64,000 nt of DNA from Alphaproteobacteria bacterium (GTDB taxonomy: Bacteria; Pseudomonadota; Alphaproteobacteria; CAAHEQ01; UBA3637): positions 64,001-128,000 of the forward strand of contig JAZUQR010000021.1 in NCBI GenBank assembly GCA_045605805.1, given 5' to 3'. Positions 44,891 through 55,845 of the stretch are shown one piece after another. The notes beneath the pieces are model-generated. The model worked only from the letters and a program-made list of their open reading frames with translations. It did not search any database and was not told where the DNA came from. The position numbers and the translations under genes were made by a program. Each line of letters begins with the position of its first letter. The first letter of the stretch is position 1.

Positions 44891-47071
44891 ATGGCAAAAT
44901 CTACTTTTGATCAAATTAAAAAACAAAATGGAGAACGATTTGCAAAGGCTATTCGTGCCTACGATAACGGCATTTTTGATATCCCGAATATTGTAGAAAT
45001 ACTAAAATACGCAGGGTCCGAAGCCGAACCCATTATGCAGTATTTAGTTTCATTAAAAAACATTAAAATTGAAGAACACGCCGTTCACAAGGACCCAATA
45101 ACACTGCTTTCAGAAGCTGGATATGATGCCTATTATGCTGATACATTGGAAAAGCAAAATGCCATTCAAAAGTATTATACCCCAAAAGAGGAATTATGCA
45201 CTTTTAGAGATCCAACCCGATTTGTGAGATATTTTATCATCAACGCAATCAAAAAAGATGTAGCCAACATTAAAAGAGAAGATTTTAAGGGAAAAGAAAA
45301 AAGGGAAGATCAATATGGAACATCAGTTCTGTCTATCCAAATCTTAAAAAACGGTGGTTTTATATCCATCAAAAATCGCTATAACCACACCATTGAAAAT
45401 CCAGATAATACTTTTAATTCAAATCCTGACAACATTATCTATGGATTGTCCGATGCGATTAAACATCATTTTCATGTTGATTTTTCTGCAAAAGAAACAC
45501 CGTTACCGGACAATTTTATAGCGTTAAATGATAAAATCATACGTTTTAATTTTGAACAAGACGACATCTATTTTGGGGATAATTTTTATGTAAAAAATGG
45601 AATAATTCACCCCATAGATCGTGATAAAGAATTGTTGTTGGATTCTTTTCTTTTTAATACAAAAACCAAAGAGATTAAAAATATATCTTCCTCTCATACA
45701 GACTCATTGCCTGATGTGTTAATGAACGAAATCAAAAACAAGAAAATTCAAATAACAAAAGCCCCTCTGAAACCCGATGGGAAATCGGCTTATTGGGTAA
45801 AAGCTGATAACATACCAATTATCCTTGTTCAAGACGGACGAATAACCGAACTAAATCTCCCCAACACAACACAAATAAAAGATAATTTTGCCCTCTGTTG
45901 CCACCAGATAACAAAATTGACCGCCCCCATATTAAAAAAAATAGGAAACCATGTCTTAGAAAATTCTTACATTGAAGAGTTAAATATACCACAAATACAA
46001 CATATTGGTTCCTATTCTTTGAGACAAATCTATGCAGAAAATGTAGAATTATTAAATTTAGAAAGTATAGGAGATTTTTCTATGGAAAACTTCACAGGAC
46101 AATCTCTTTACATGCCTTGCTTGAAAAAGGCAGGAAACTGTTTTCTTTGCTTGGCACCAGATCTAAAAAATTTAGATGCCCCTCTTCTGACAACGCTTAA
46201 AAAAGAAAGTCTTCAGCATACTGAATTACAAAAACTTTATCTTCCTTCACTGATTTCAACAGAAGACGATGTTCTGAGATACAGCTCGTATTTGGAAACA
46301 TTGGATTTTCCAAAATTACAAACCTTAGGCAATCAATGTTTATATGACTGTAAGAAGTTAACAACCTTAAATGCGCCCTCGTTAAAAGAAGTGGGAGACG
46401 AATGTTTTTTCCACTCGCCCAAACTTCAAACACTCAATTGTCCTAATTTAGAAAAAGTGGGAACTTATTTTTTACACTCTAACAGCGCACTAAACAACCT
46501 CTCTCTGCCGGCATTAAAACAAGCAGAGGCATATTTTCTGCGCACGAATCATTTATCAACATTGGATTGTCCACAATTAGAAGTGATAGGAAATGACAGT
46601 TTATCTAACAGCAATAACTTATACTCTATCAACTGTCCAAAGTTGAAAGAAGTAGGACAAAACTTTTTGCGAAAATGTGGCAAAGAAGAAGAGTCGTATC
46701 TTATAATAGACGATACCCCCAAATCACCAACAACAGCAATGCCTAAATTAAAACACCTAAGTCTGCCCAATCTACATAAAGTTGGAAAAGGTTTTCTTGA
46801 ATACAATGTGGAACTAGAAACCTTGAATGCGCCCCTTCTAAAAAAAGCAGATATAAGTTGCCTGAAAAGCAATGATCATTATCAAACAAATGCTCCGGCA
46901 TTGAAAACCAACCTTCCAACAAATCGTCATTTAACATTGACCAACATTTTAGAGTCGGCTCCACCCAATCAGCCTCATCCAAACCCAACAAAAGAAATCA
47001 CAAATACACAAAAAACCAAAGGCTATGTACAACACATTCAAAAAAATAGCAAAAGAGAGTACAGAGTATAA
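44891..47071 (+). CDS. Leucine-rich-repeat (BspA/LRR_5-like) protein with uncharacterised N-terminal domain
   Basis: Many ~22-aa repeats L..L..P.L..VG..FL; ~300-aa non-repeat N-terminus; no signal peptide. Confidence 0.85.
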   Translation: MAKSTFDQIKKQNGERFAKAIRAYDNGIFDIPNIVEILKYAGSEAEPIMQYLVSLKNIKIEEHAVHKDPITLLSEAGYDAYYADTLEKQNAIQKYYTPKEELCTFRDPTRFVRYFIINAIKKDVANIKREDFKGKEKREDQYGTSVLSIQILKNGGFISIKNRYNHTIENPDNTFNSNPDNIIYGLSDAIKHHFHVDFSAKETPLPDNFIALNDKIIRFNFEQDDIYFGDNFYVKNGIIHPIDRDKELLLDSFLFNTKTKEIKNISSSHTDSLPDVLMNEIKNKKIQITKAPLKPDGKSAYWVKADNIPIILVQDGRITELNLPNTTQIKDNFALCCHQITKLTAPILKKIGNHVLENSYIEELNIPQIQHIGSYSLRQIYAENVELLNLESIGDFSMENFTGQSLYMPCLKKAGNCFLCLAPDLKNLDAPLLTTLKKESLQHTELQKLYLPSLISTEDDVLRYSSYLETLDFPKLQTLGNQCLYDCKKLTTLNAPSLKEVGDECFFHSPKLQTLNCPNLEKVGTYFLHSNSALNNLSLPALKQAEAYFLRTNHLSTLDCPQLEVIGNDSLSNSNNLYSINCPKLKEVGQNFLRKCGKEEESYLIIDDTPKSPTTAMPKLKHLSLPNLHKVGKGFLEYNVELETLNAPLLKKADISCLKSNDHYQTNAPALKTNLPTNRHLTLTNILESAPPNQPHPNPTKEITNTQKTKGYVQHIQKNSKREYRV

Positions 47072-47126
47072 TCCATTCAACCATAAAACAAAAAAAAGCC
47101 TTGAACAATCAAGACCTTTTAAGAAA

Positions 47127-47213
47127 TGGTGCCCAGGAAGGGACTCGAACCCCCACTCCTTTGACAGAACCAGCACCTGAAGCTGGCGCGTCTACCAATT
47201 TCGCCACCTGGGC
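47127..47213 (-). tRNA. tRNA-Leu(CAG)
   Basis: Anticodon arm CCAGC-TTCAGGT-GCTGG, long variable arm, GTTCGAG, CCA. Confidence 0.96.
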
Positions 47214-47268
47214 AATAACCATATCTTACCTTAAATCACACCAAAAGTCAAGCACATTTTCCACACCT

Positions 47269-49605
47269 TTATTTTCCTTTTGAAAGAGGTTTCACCAAAG
47301 CCTGAGCCAACACTTCTTCAATATGACCAACCAAAACAATGTTCAAACTTTGCTTCACATTTTGTGGCAACTCGTCCAAATCATTTTTGTTTTCTTTGGG
47401 AATGAACACCGTCTGAATACCAGCACGCAAAGCACCCAACAGTTTTTCCTTCAAACCACCAATGGCCAAAATCCGCCCCCGCAAAGTAATTTCTCCGGTC
47501 ATAGCCACCTGTTTTTTCACAGCAATACCTGTTAAAGCAGATACTAAGGCTGTAATAACAGCCACACCACTGGATGGCCCTTCCTTAGGTTGCGCCCCTT
47601 CTGGCACATGAAGGTGAATATCCTGCTTGTTCAGTTTATCCTCAACAATACCGAATTCGTCTGCATGAGCCCGCACATAGGAACGCCCTGCTTCCACCGT
47701 TTCCTTAAAAACATCCCCCAATTTACCGGTCAGCATAATCTTGCCCGTTCCAGACATGGTTAAAACTTCATGGGGCATAATACCACCGCCCACCTCCGAA
47801 TAGTACAGGCCGTTGCACACACCGACTTGATCTTCTTTATCCGCCACACCAAAGAAATGACGAGGCACACCGGCATATTTTTTCACATTTTTGGAAGTAA
47901 TCACCACACTACCAACAGATTTGGTTTGAATCTCTTTCACAACCTTTCGGGCAATCTTGGCAATTTCTCTTTCCAATTGGCGCACACCGGATTCCATAGT
48001 ATAAGAACGAATCAGCTCTAACACAGCGGCCTCATCAAAACTCAATTCACCTGACTTTAATCCGGCCAATTCCAATTGTCGAGGAATCAAATGACGCTTG
48101 GTAATTTCTACCTTTTCATCTTCTGTATAACCCGACAAACGAATCACTTCCATCCGATCCAACAAAGGACTTGGCATCCGAGAAACATCATTGGCAGTAC
48201 AAATAAACATCACATTGGATAAATCATAATCCACATCCAAATAGTGATCAGAAAAAGTTTTGTTTTGCTCGGGATCCAACACCTCCAATAACGCAGAGGC
48301 AGGATCACCCCGATAATCATTGCCAACTTTGTCAATTTCATCCAATAAAAACAGCGGATTGATATTGCCAGCCTTTTTCATACTTTGCACAATCTTCCCC
48401 GGCATCGCCCCAATATAGGTGCGTCTGTGGCCACGAATTTCGGCTTCATCATGCATACCGCCCAAACTGGCCCGAACAAAAGTCCGCCCTGTTGCCCGTG
48501 CAATAGATTGCCCCAAACTTGTTTTACCAACCCCCGGAGGGCCAATCAAACATAAAATAGACCCCTTCACATGACCGGTTCGTTTTTGAACAGCCAAAAA
48601 CTCCAAAATACGTTCTTTAACCTTGTCCAAGCCATAATGATCTTCATCTAAAATCTTTTCGGCCTGTTTCAAATCAAGTTGCAATTCCTTTTGTTCGGCC
48701 CAAGGTAAAGCCACCAACCATTCAATATAGTTGCGAATGACACCGGCTTCAGCCGACATATTCCCCATAATCCGCAATCGTTTTAATTCGGCCAACGCCT
48801 TTTCCGTTGCTTCTTGTGACATTTTGGCTTCTTTGATTTTTTTCTCTAATTCCCCAAACTCACTGGCATCATCAGCCGAATCACCCAACTCTTTTTGAAT
48901 GGCCTTCATCTGTTCATTCAAATAGTATTCTCTTTGGGATTTTTCCATCTGTTTTTTCACCCGTTTGCGAATGTTTCTTTCCACATTCAAAACTTCAATT
49001 TCCTTTTCCATAATCCCAAACAAAGCCGATAAGCGTTCCGTTAAAAAAACAGTTTCCAAAAGTTTTTGCTTTTCTTCAGCCTTAATAACCAAATGGGTGG
49101 CCACAACATCAGCAAACCGAATGGGGTTTTTCACATTCAACACAGCCGTAATAATTTCAGGCGAAACAACACCGGACAGTTGAATATATTTTTCAAACTG
49201 ATCCATCACCGAACGCATCAAAGCATCCACTTTGGTGGCATCTTCGTCTTTTTCCGGCATAGAGGCCGCATGAGCTTCAAAATAAGGTTCGTCTTGAGTC
49301 CAATCCATTACACGAGCCCGATTGGTCCCTTCCACCAAAATCTTAATTGTCCCATCCGGCAACTTTAAGAGCTGTAAAACATTCGCCAAAGTCCCCACAC
49401 GATATAAATCACCTGTATGTGGCGTATCCATTTGTGAATCTGTCTGAGCAATCAAAAGAATCTGTTTTTTTTCACTCATCGCATGTTCCAAAGCGGCAAT
49501 AGACTTGTCACGCCCCACAAACAACGGTACAACAACCCCCGGGAACACAACAATATCCCGCAAAGCCAATACAGAATAAATACCATCAACAGCTTTTTCT
49601 ACCAT
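47269..49605 (-). CDS. lon: ATP-dependent protease Lon
   Basis: LRDIVVFP, GPPGVGKTS, LLDEIDK, PKEGPSSG (Ser), IGGLKEK (Lys). Confidence 0.97.
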   Translation of the reverse strand: MVEKAVDGIYSVLALRDIVVFPGVVVPLFVGRDKSIAALEHAMSEKKQILLIAQTDSQMDTPHTGDLYRVGTLANVLQLLKLPDGTIKILVEGTNRARVMDWTQDEPYFEAHAASMPEKDEDATKVDALMRSVMDQFEKYIQLSGVVSPEIITAVLNVKNPIRFADVVATHLVIKAEEKQKLLETVFLTERLSALFGIMEKEIEVLNVERNIRKRVKKQMEKSQREYYLNEQMKAIQKELGDSADDASEFGELEKKIKEAKMSQEATEKALAELKRLRIMGNMSAEAGVIRNYIEWLVALPWAEQKELQLDLKQAEKILDEDHYGLDKVKERILEFLAVQKRTGHVKGSILCLIGPPGVGKTSLGQSIARATGRTFVRASLGGMHDEAEIRGHRRTYIGAMPGKIVQSMKKAGNINPLFLLDEIDKVGNDYRGDPASALLEVLDPEQNKTFSDHYLDVDYDLSNVMFICTANDVSRMPSPLLDRMEVIRLSGYTEDEKVEITKRHLIPRQLELAGLKSGELSFDEAAVLELIRSYTMESGVRQLEREIAKIARKVVKEIQTKSVGSVVITSKNVKKYAGVPRHFFGVADKEDQVGVCNGLYYSEVGGGIMPHEVLTMSGTGKIMLTGKLGDVFKETVEAGRSYVRAHADEFGIVEDKLNKQDIHLHVPEGAQPKEGPSSGVAVITALVSALTGIAVKKQVAMTGEITLRGRILAIGGLKEKLLGALRAGIQTVFIPKENKNDLDELPQNVKQSLNIVLVGHIEEVLAQALVKPLSKGK

Positions 49606-49794
49606 ATTTTTCACCTTTCGTTTATAGTATATATATGTATGCAAGAAAATAAAAAGTCAACAAGGGATTGACATTTTTTTTCAAAAGAACTAAAATCCCC
49701 CCAAAAAGGAGAAAAAATGTTCACATTTGCAGAGTTTTGGGTACCATTATTCTTTCTTTGTATCTATTCCGGCATTTTAAGCGGAAAGTAAAGA

Positions 49795-50520
49795 TTATTG
49801 ATGGGTCAATTTTTTTGGCCCTTCCTCGTCAATCTCTTGTAATGAGAAAACATTTTCTCCGTGTTCAAGCCGATTTAATAAGTCCGCTGGCGAACAACCA
49901 TTTTGCAATTGTTTTTCAACCACCTGTTGTGCCAACGCCTTGATAACCGCCTCATTAGAAGATTCTTGCAACTTTAACTTTTTAGCCAACTTATCTTCCA
50001 TAAACCGCCTGTAAAACCGAGCAAATTCATACACAGGATGCCCGCCTTTTGTGTACGAAGCCAATCCTTGCAAATAAGTTTTTCTGTCTGCCAATGCATG
50101 AATCCCATCGCCATTGACATCACGATATAAAAACCAATCGTTCATAATTTCGGCCAAAATACTTTGTTGAACCAAAGCTCTCCGAATCCGCCCAAAATCA
50201 ATCATTTTGGACTGGGGATTTTCCTGTCTGATTTTGATTTCATGGTCAAAAAAAGTAAATGTTTCATGCCCCAATCGTTTTGGATCCAACATAGAACAGG
50301 TTGTCAACAAAGCAATCAACCCCATCTTTAATTCTTCGTTGACTTTATAGGTAATCTTTGCGGGAAATTGGCGCACTTCAGGGTTATATTGAGCCTGATG
50401 AATGGCAAACTGATTCAAGGTTTCCAACAACTGCATCTGTTCATCTGTCACGGGAACAGAGGTGGATAACTGCACTTCATTCTCTTGTTGTAATGCCTGA
50501 TTCAATGATAACTTCATCAA
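49795..50520 (-). CDS. Hypothetical protein between clpX and lon
   Basis: 241-aa ORF 9 nt after the clpX stop, GGGGG RBS; no recognised motif. Confidence 0.65.
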   Translation of the reverse strand: MMKLSLNQALQQENEVQLSTSVPVTDEQMQLLETLNQFAIHQAQYNPEVRQFPAKITYKVNEELKMGLIALLTTCSMLDPKRLGHETFTFFDHEIKIRQENPQSKMIDFGRIRRALVQQSILAEIMNDWFLYRDVNGDGIHALADRKTYLQGLASYTKGGHPVYEFARFYRRFMEDKLAKKLKLQESSNEAVIKALAQQVVEKQLQNGCSPADLLNRLEHGENVFSLQEIDEEGPKKLTHQ

Positions 50521-50529
50521 GTCCCCCGT

Positions 50530-51816
50530 TTATGCAGAAGCCTTTTCCTTGTTATAAACAAAACAAGGTTCTTCCAAATTTTCCACCACTTTTTCGTTGA
50601 TAACCACTTTTTCCAGATTTTCCATATCCGGCAATTGATACATCAAATCCAACAACAACCCTTCCAAAATGGCTCGCAACCCTCTGGCACCAGTTTTGCG
50701 TTTCAACGCCTGTTTGGCCAAAGCCTCACACGCCTTATCGGTAATATCCAATTCAACCCCTTCCATTTTGAACAAGGCTTGATATTGTTTCACCAAAGCA
50801 TTTTTGGGTTCAGTTAAAATCTGCACCAATGCCTGTTCATCCAAATCCTGTAAAGTGACATGCACAGGCAAACGACCAATAAACTCTGGAATCAAACCAT
50901 ACTTTAATAAATCATCTGGTTCCAGTTTGTCCAACAAAGCCCCTACACTTTTTTCTTCTTGGGTTTTCACTTCGGCCCCAAAGCCCACAGAATAAGCGGC
51001 ATCCCGTCTGGCAATCACCTTTTCCAAGCCGTCAAAAGCCCCCCCACAAATAAACAAAATATGTTGCGTATTGACCTTGATGTATTCTTGGTTTGGATGC
51101 TTACGACCACCTTGCGGGGGCAAACTGGCAACCGTTCCTTCAATCATCTTCAACAACGCCTGTTGCACCCCCTCACCCGACACATCCCGAGTGATAGAAG
51201 GTCCATCAGCTTTTCTGGAAATCTTGTCAATTTCATCAATATAAATAATACCCCGCTCGGCCTTTGCCACATCATAATTGGCGGCCTGTAAAAGTTTCAA
51301 AACAACATTTTCCACATCTTCGCCCACATATCCGGCCTCGGTTAAAGTGGTAGCATCCGCAATCGCATACGGCACATCCAAAGTCTTAGCCAAAGTTTTG
51401 GCTAATAAAGTTTTGCCCGACCCCGTCGGCCCCACCAATAAGATATTGGATTTTTCCAATTCCACATTATTATCTTCCGTAAGATTTTTTAAGCGTTTGT
51501 AATGATTATATACAGCCACACTTAAAACCTTTTTTGCCTTTTCCTGACCAATCACATAAGCATCCAAAAAAGCCTTCAATTCCTTTGGTGTTTTCAGTTT
51601 TTGAGCCTCGGTATTGGGCAATTCCATCTGTTCTGATTGTTGAGTCTTTTCTCCTTCAACAATAATATCTTGACACAACCCCACACATTCATCACAAATG
51701 AAAATGGTTTCGGTTTTGCCTTCCTCTGTCCTGACAGACTTACCGGCAATCAACTTTTTCACTTCACTTTGACTTTTTCCGCAAAACGAACAATACAATT
51801 TTTTATCTGAACTCAT
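50530..51816 (-). CDS. clpX: ClpX ATPase
   Basis: CSFCGK..ICDEC zinc finger, [24 protein letters not shown] loop. Confidence 0.97.
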   Translation of the reverse strand: MSSDKKLYCSFCGKSQSEVKKLIAGKSVRTEEGKTETIFICDECVGLCQDIIVEGEKTQQSEQMELPNTEAQKLKTPKELKAFLDAYVIGQEKAKKVLSVAVYNHYKRLKNLTEDNNVELEKSNILLVGPTGSGKTLLAKTLAKTLDVPYAIADATTLTEAGYVGEDVENVVLKLLQAANYDVAKAERGIIYIDEIDKISRKADGPSITRDVSGEGVQQALLKMIEGTVASLPPQGGRKHPNQEYIKVNTQHILFICGGAFDGLEKVIARRDAAYSVGFGAEVKTQEEKSVGALLDKLEPDDLLKYGLIPEFIGRLPVHVTLQDLDEQALVQILTEPKNALVKQYQALFKMEGVELDITDKACEALAKQALKRKTGARGLRAILEGLLLDLMYQLPDMENLEKVVINEKVVENLEEPCFVYNKEKASA

Positions 51817-51946
51817 AAGAATACTCCTTCTGTTTCAAGAAAGGATACCACAGTTTTAGCAAAAAGACAAGTTTTTTCAAAAACAAATTGACAGCCCACA
51901 AAAATATGGTATAATAAACACATAGATATATGCAAGGAGGTTATAG

Positions 51947-52417
51947 ATGAAACAAGCACAAAAGCCAACAAACCAATTCAACAGAAATAAAGCCGTATTA
52001 TACACAGCTCTTGCAACAACAGGACTAAGCCTTGCAACCTCTTCTTTCAGCCAAAAAGCCGCCCGTGTGGCAGAGGTTAGTCGAGATATTTTAGACATCA
52101 TTGATTTGGCTTTGAAGGGTGCCAGCGTATTCATGTGGGCAGTGGTCGCAGCCGGACTTGTCTTGAAATATGGACCAAAAGTTGTTGATTTTATCAAAAA
52201 AACTATCCGCAAAATGAAAAACAAACATCAAGACAAAGCAAATGTCTATCAACATGAGGCAACACAGGAAAAACCGCAAACAACCAAAGCGACACCTCAT
52301 TTGAAACAGGATTTGGCCAAACTGGTCCAGCAAGAACCCGAAACACCAACACAACCGAATCCAAAGAAAAAGGTCAATCCGACCTTGCTTGCAAAAGCAC
52401 AAAAACAAAGGGATTAA
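51947..52417 (+). CDS. Hypothetical membrane-anchored protein
   Basis: AGGAGG RBS, promoter TTGACA-17 nt-TATAAT, two hydrophobic segments, downstream hairpin. Confidence 0.7.
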   Translation: MKQAQKPTNQFNRNKAVLYTALATTGLSLATSSFSQKAARVAEVSRDILDIIDLALKGASVFMWAVVAAGLVLKYGPKVVDFIKKTIRKMKNKHQDKANVYQHEATQEKPQTTKATPHLKQDLAKLVQQEPETPTQPNPKKKVNPTLLAKAQKQRD

Positions 52418-52606
52418 ACAAAAAAACTTTACCAAAAGCCCAAGCAATTTGGGCTTTTTTTGTATCAGGATCAATCCCCCCCTTCATCTGCCGCCTTTTT
52501 TCAACGCTTCACACGCCACGCAAAAGAAAAATGATTTTTTACTTGCCTTTTGTGCGAAAATATGTTATATAGAAAACACTATTTTTAACAAACAAAAGGA
52601 TAATAA

Positions 52607-53923
52607 ATGTCAAAACTTTCACAAACCTTAAAAATTAAAATCCCCGCCCAAACATTTGCAGACAAAATCACTGCTCGTTTGGAACAGATTCAAAAAGAAG
52701 CAAAAATCCAAGGCTTCCGCCCAGGAAAAGCCCCATTGGAAATGATTCGTCAAAAGTATGAAAATGCCGTTAAAGGCGAAGTGTTAGATGATTTGGTCAA
52801 TGAAGAAGTAGCCAAAGAATTAAAAGCAAAAGATTTGCGCCCTGCCATGCGTCCTGCCGTTAAAATGGATAAATACGAAGATGGAAAGGACATCGCTTTA
52901 ACTGTTGAATTTGAAGCCTTGCCAAAAATAAAAGTCCATGCTTTTGATAAAATTAAAATTGACCGTATGACCGCTTTGGCCGGTGACAAAGAAGTGGCTG
53001 ACACCTTGGAACGCTTGGCCAACCAAAAGAAAACAACCGAAGTCTTATCCGAAAAACGCCCCACAAAAACAGGCGATGTGATTGTCATTGACTTTGTTGG
53101 TTCAATTGACGGTGAAGAATTCAAAGGCGGTTCAGGCAAAGATTATTATCTGGATTTAGGCTCTAACACATTTATCCCTGGTTTTGAAGACCAATTGACC
53201 GGTAAAAATGTGGGGGAAACAGTGGATGTCAATGTCACATTCCCAGAAAATTATCACGCCAAAGATTTGGCTGGTAAAAAAGCCTTGTTCAAAACAGACA
53301 TTAAAGAATTGCGTGCTTGGAAAAAGCCAGAAATTGACGATGAATTCGCCAAAAAGTTCGGTATGGACTCTTTGGAAAAATTAAAAGAAGCCATCAAGGC
53401 CGAATTAAATAAAGAATATGAGCAAGTGGCTCGTATGCACGCCAAACGGGCTTTATTGGATGCTTTGGCAAAGGAATATGACTTTGATATTCCGCAACAA
53501 ATGGTTGATGCCGAATTCAAAGGAATCTGGAATCATTATGAAAAAGCAAAAGCCGCCAATCAATTGGATGAAGAAGAAAAAAATAAATCCGAAGATGCCT
53601 TGAAAAAAGAATATCAAGAAATTGCCGAACGCCGTGTCCGTTTAGGCTTGCTCTTGGCACAAATTGCTGATGAAAACAAAGTTCAAATCACACAAGAAGA
53701 TATGAACAACGCCTTGTTGGCCGAAGCCCGTCGTTATCCGGGGCAAGAAGGCCAGATTTTTGAATACTATTCCAAAAATCCACAAGCAATGGAAGCCTTG
53801 CGGGCACCGGTTTTTGAAGAAAAAATCGTTGATTTCTTGTTTGAAAAAATCACCGTCACGGAAAAAGCTGTTTCTGTGGAAGATTTGTACGCTTTTGATC
53901 CGGATAAAAAATCCAAAAAATAA
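52607..53923 (+). CDS. tig: Trigger factor
   Basis: GFRPGKAP, IDFVGSIDGEEFKGG, FIPGFEDQL, VTFPENYHA. Confidence 0.97.
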   Translation: MSKLSQTLKIKIPAQTFADKITARLEQIQKEAKIQGFRPGKAPLEMIRQKYENAVKGEVLDDLVNEEVAKELKAKDLRPAMRPAVKMDKYEDGKDIALTVEFEALPKIKVHAFDKIKIDRMTALAGDKEVADTLERLANQKKTTEVLSEKRPTKTGDVIVIDFVGSIDGEEFKGGSGKDYYLDLGSNTFIPGFEDQLTGKNVGETVDVNVTFPENYHAKDLAGKKALFKTDIKELRAWKKPEIDDEFAKKFGMDSLEKLKEAIKAELNKEYEQVARMHAKRALLDALAKEYDFDIPQQMVDAEFKGIWNHYEKAKAANQLDEEEKNKSEDALKKEYQEIAERRVRLGLLLAQIADENKVQITQEDMNNALLAEARRYPGQEGQIFEYYSKNPQAMEALRAPVFEEKIVDFLFEKITVTEKAVSVEDLYAFDPDKKSKK

Positions 53924-53932
53924 GGAGAGTTT

Positions 53933-54532
53933 ATGCAAATTCAAGACAACACATTGGTGCCAACAGTTATAGAATCCACCGGTCGTGGGGAACGTGCTTT
54001 TGACATCTATTCCCGTCTGTTAAAAGAACGCATTGTTTTTTTAACCGGTGAAGTAAATGACGAAGTCGCCAGTCTTATCTGCGCCCAATTGTTGTTCTTG
54101 GAAGCAGAAAATCCGGAAAAAGAAATCTCGTTCTACATCAACTCCCCTGGTGGTGTTGTGACAGCAGGATTGGCCATTTTGGACACCATGAACTACATCA
54201 AGTGTCCTGTATCCACCGTTTGTATGGGGCAAGCGTGCAGTATGGGTTCTTTACTTTTGACTTGTGGTGAAAAAGGACGCCGTTTTGCTCTGCCCAATGC
54301 CCGAGTGATGATTCACCAACCCAGCGGCGGTTTTCAAGGCCAAGCCACAGATATGGAAATCCATGTGAAAGAGATTTTAGCCATAAAAAAACGCCTCAAT
54401 CAAATCTATGTGGAACAAACAGGCAAACCGTTAAAAACCATTGAACAAGCAATGGAACGAGATAATTTTATGACAGCCGAAGAAGCCAAAGAGTTTGGGC
54501 TGATTGATGCCGTCGTCACAAAAAAAGAATAA
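53933..54532 (+). CDS. clpP: ClpP protease
   Basis: [31 protein letters not shown]. Confidence 0.98.
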   Translation: MQIQDNTLVPTVIESTGRGERAFDIYSRLLKERIVFLTGEVNDEVASLICAQLLFLEAENPEKEISFYINSPGGVVTAGLAILDTMNYIKCPVSTVCMGQACSMGSLLLTCGEKGRRFALPNARVMIHQPSGGFQGQATDMEIHVKEILAIKKRLNQIYVEQTGKPLKTIEQAMERDNFMTAEEAKEFGLIDAVVTKKE

Positions 54533-54687
54533 AAAAAATCACAAAAAAAACAACAAAACACCGACTTTCATATCGGTGTTTTTTTTGAATTTTATAAGCA
54601 AAAAAACACATTTTTTTCCTTGCATTCAAAAAAAATAAGTGCTACACTACCCTAACAACAATCAAAATGGGGGATAAAGGAGAAAAT

Positions 54688-55845
54688 ATGAAAACAAAAA
54701 TCTTCAAAACAATCGCAATTCTTGCGATTTTAGCACTTTTAATCTATTCTGGTTTTTATTATGGCGCAAAAGTTGGTGGCGAAAAAGCCGTTGCGGCCAT
54801 GCGGGCGCAAGTGGCCACACCCTATGTCTATACCGGCACACCAACCTTACAAAACATGGAACAAGCCACTCGTTTTATTGCCTTGGTCAAACCCTTAAAT
54901 GCCGTAGATGTAAAAACCCAAGTTTCCGGCACAATTGAAAATGTCGCCTTCACAGACGGACAATATGTCAAGGAAGGAGATGTTTTGTTCACCATTGAAC
55001 AAGACCGTTATCAGGCAAATGTATCGTCTGCCAAAGCAAGTGTCACCAAAGCCGAAGCTGATTTGAAACAGGTACAAAATGATTACACCCGTCAAAAGGA
55101 ATTGTATCGTGATAAAATCATTTCTACAGCCGACTTGGAAAAAGCCGAAAGCAAAACAGCCCAAGCCAAAGCAGCCGTAGAACAGGCAAAAGCCGCCTTA
55201 GAATTGGCTGAAATTGACTTAAAACATACGGTTATTAAAGCCCCCATTGACGGCCGCATTGGTCAAGTTTTAATCACCAAAGGGAACTATGTGGATTTAT
55301 CCTCACCCGCATTGGCACGCATTGTTCAAACAACGCCTGTGAAAATATCCTTCTCACTCACCGATAAAGACTATCTGGCGATGCGCAAGATGTTGCCCCA
55401 AGCCTATGGTACAACAAAACCAGTTTTGAAATTGGAACTCAGCGATAAATCTGTTGTGCCATTACCAGTTGACAAAGAACACATCTATTTTGATAATGAA
55501 ATGGATAAAAAAACGGCCACCATCGCCTTATATGCCGAATTCAACAACCAAGACGAACTGTTGGTGCCCAATAACCATATTACAGTGTTGTGGACAACAG
55601 CCGAATCAAAACCATCCGTCACCATTCCACAAACAGCCGTCTATAACGACACAGAAGGATCTTATGTGATGTTGGTAAATGCGGATAATAAAGTTGTTCA
55701 ACGCTATGTTCAATTAGGCCAAACCATTGATGATAAAGTGGCCATAGAAGAAGGCCTAACCCTTCAAGACACAATTGTTTTGACAGGTGGTCAAAAACTT
55801 CATAACGGACAAGGGATTAACGCTATTCCAACGGGGGCTAACTAA
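54688..55845 (+). CDS. RND efflux periplasmic adaptor (AcrA-like)
   Basis: N-terminal anchor, QVSGTI..V.F.DGQ.VK.GDVLF.I, helical hairpin, IKAPIDGRIG. Confidence 0.92.
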   Translation: MKTKIFKTIAILAILALLIYSGFYYGAKVGGEKAVAAMRAQVATPYVYTGTPTLQNMEQATRFIALVKPLNAVDVKTQVSGTIENVAFTDGQYVKEGDVLFTIEQDRYQANVSSAKASVTKAEADLKQVQNDYTRQKELYRDKIISTADLEKAESKTAQAKAAVEQAKAALELAEIDLKHTVIKAPIDGRIGQVLITKGNYVDLSSPALARIVQTTPVKISFSLTDKDYLAMRKMLPQAYGTTKPVLKLELSDKSVVPLPVDKEHIYFDNEMDKKTATIALYAEFNNQDELLVPNNHITVLWTTAESKPSVTIPQTAVYNDTEGSYVMLVNADNKVVQRYVQLGQTIDDKVAIEEGLTLQDTIVLTGGQKLHNGQGINAIPTGAN

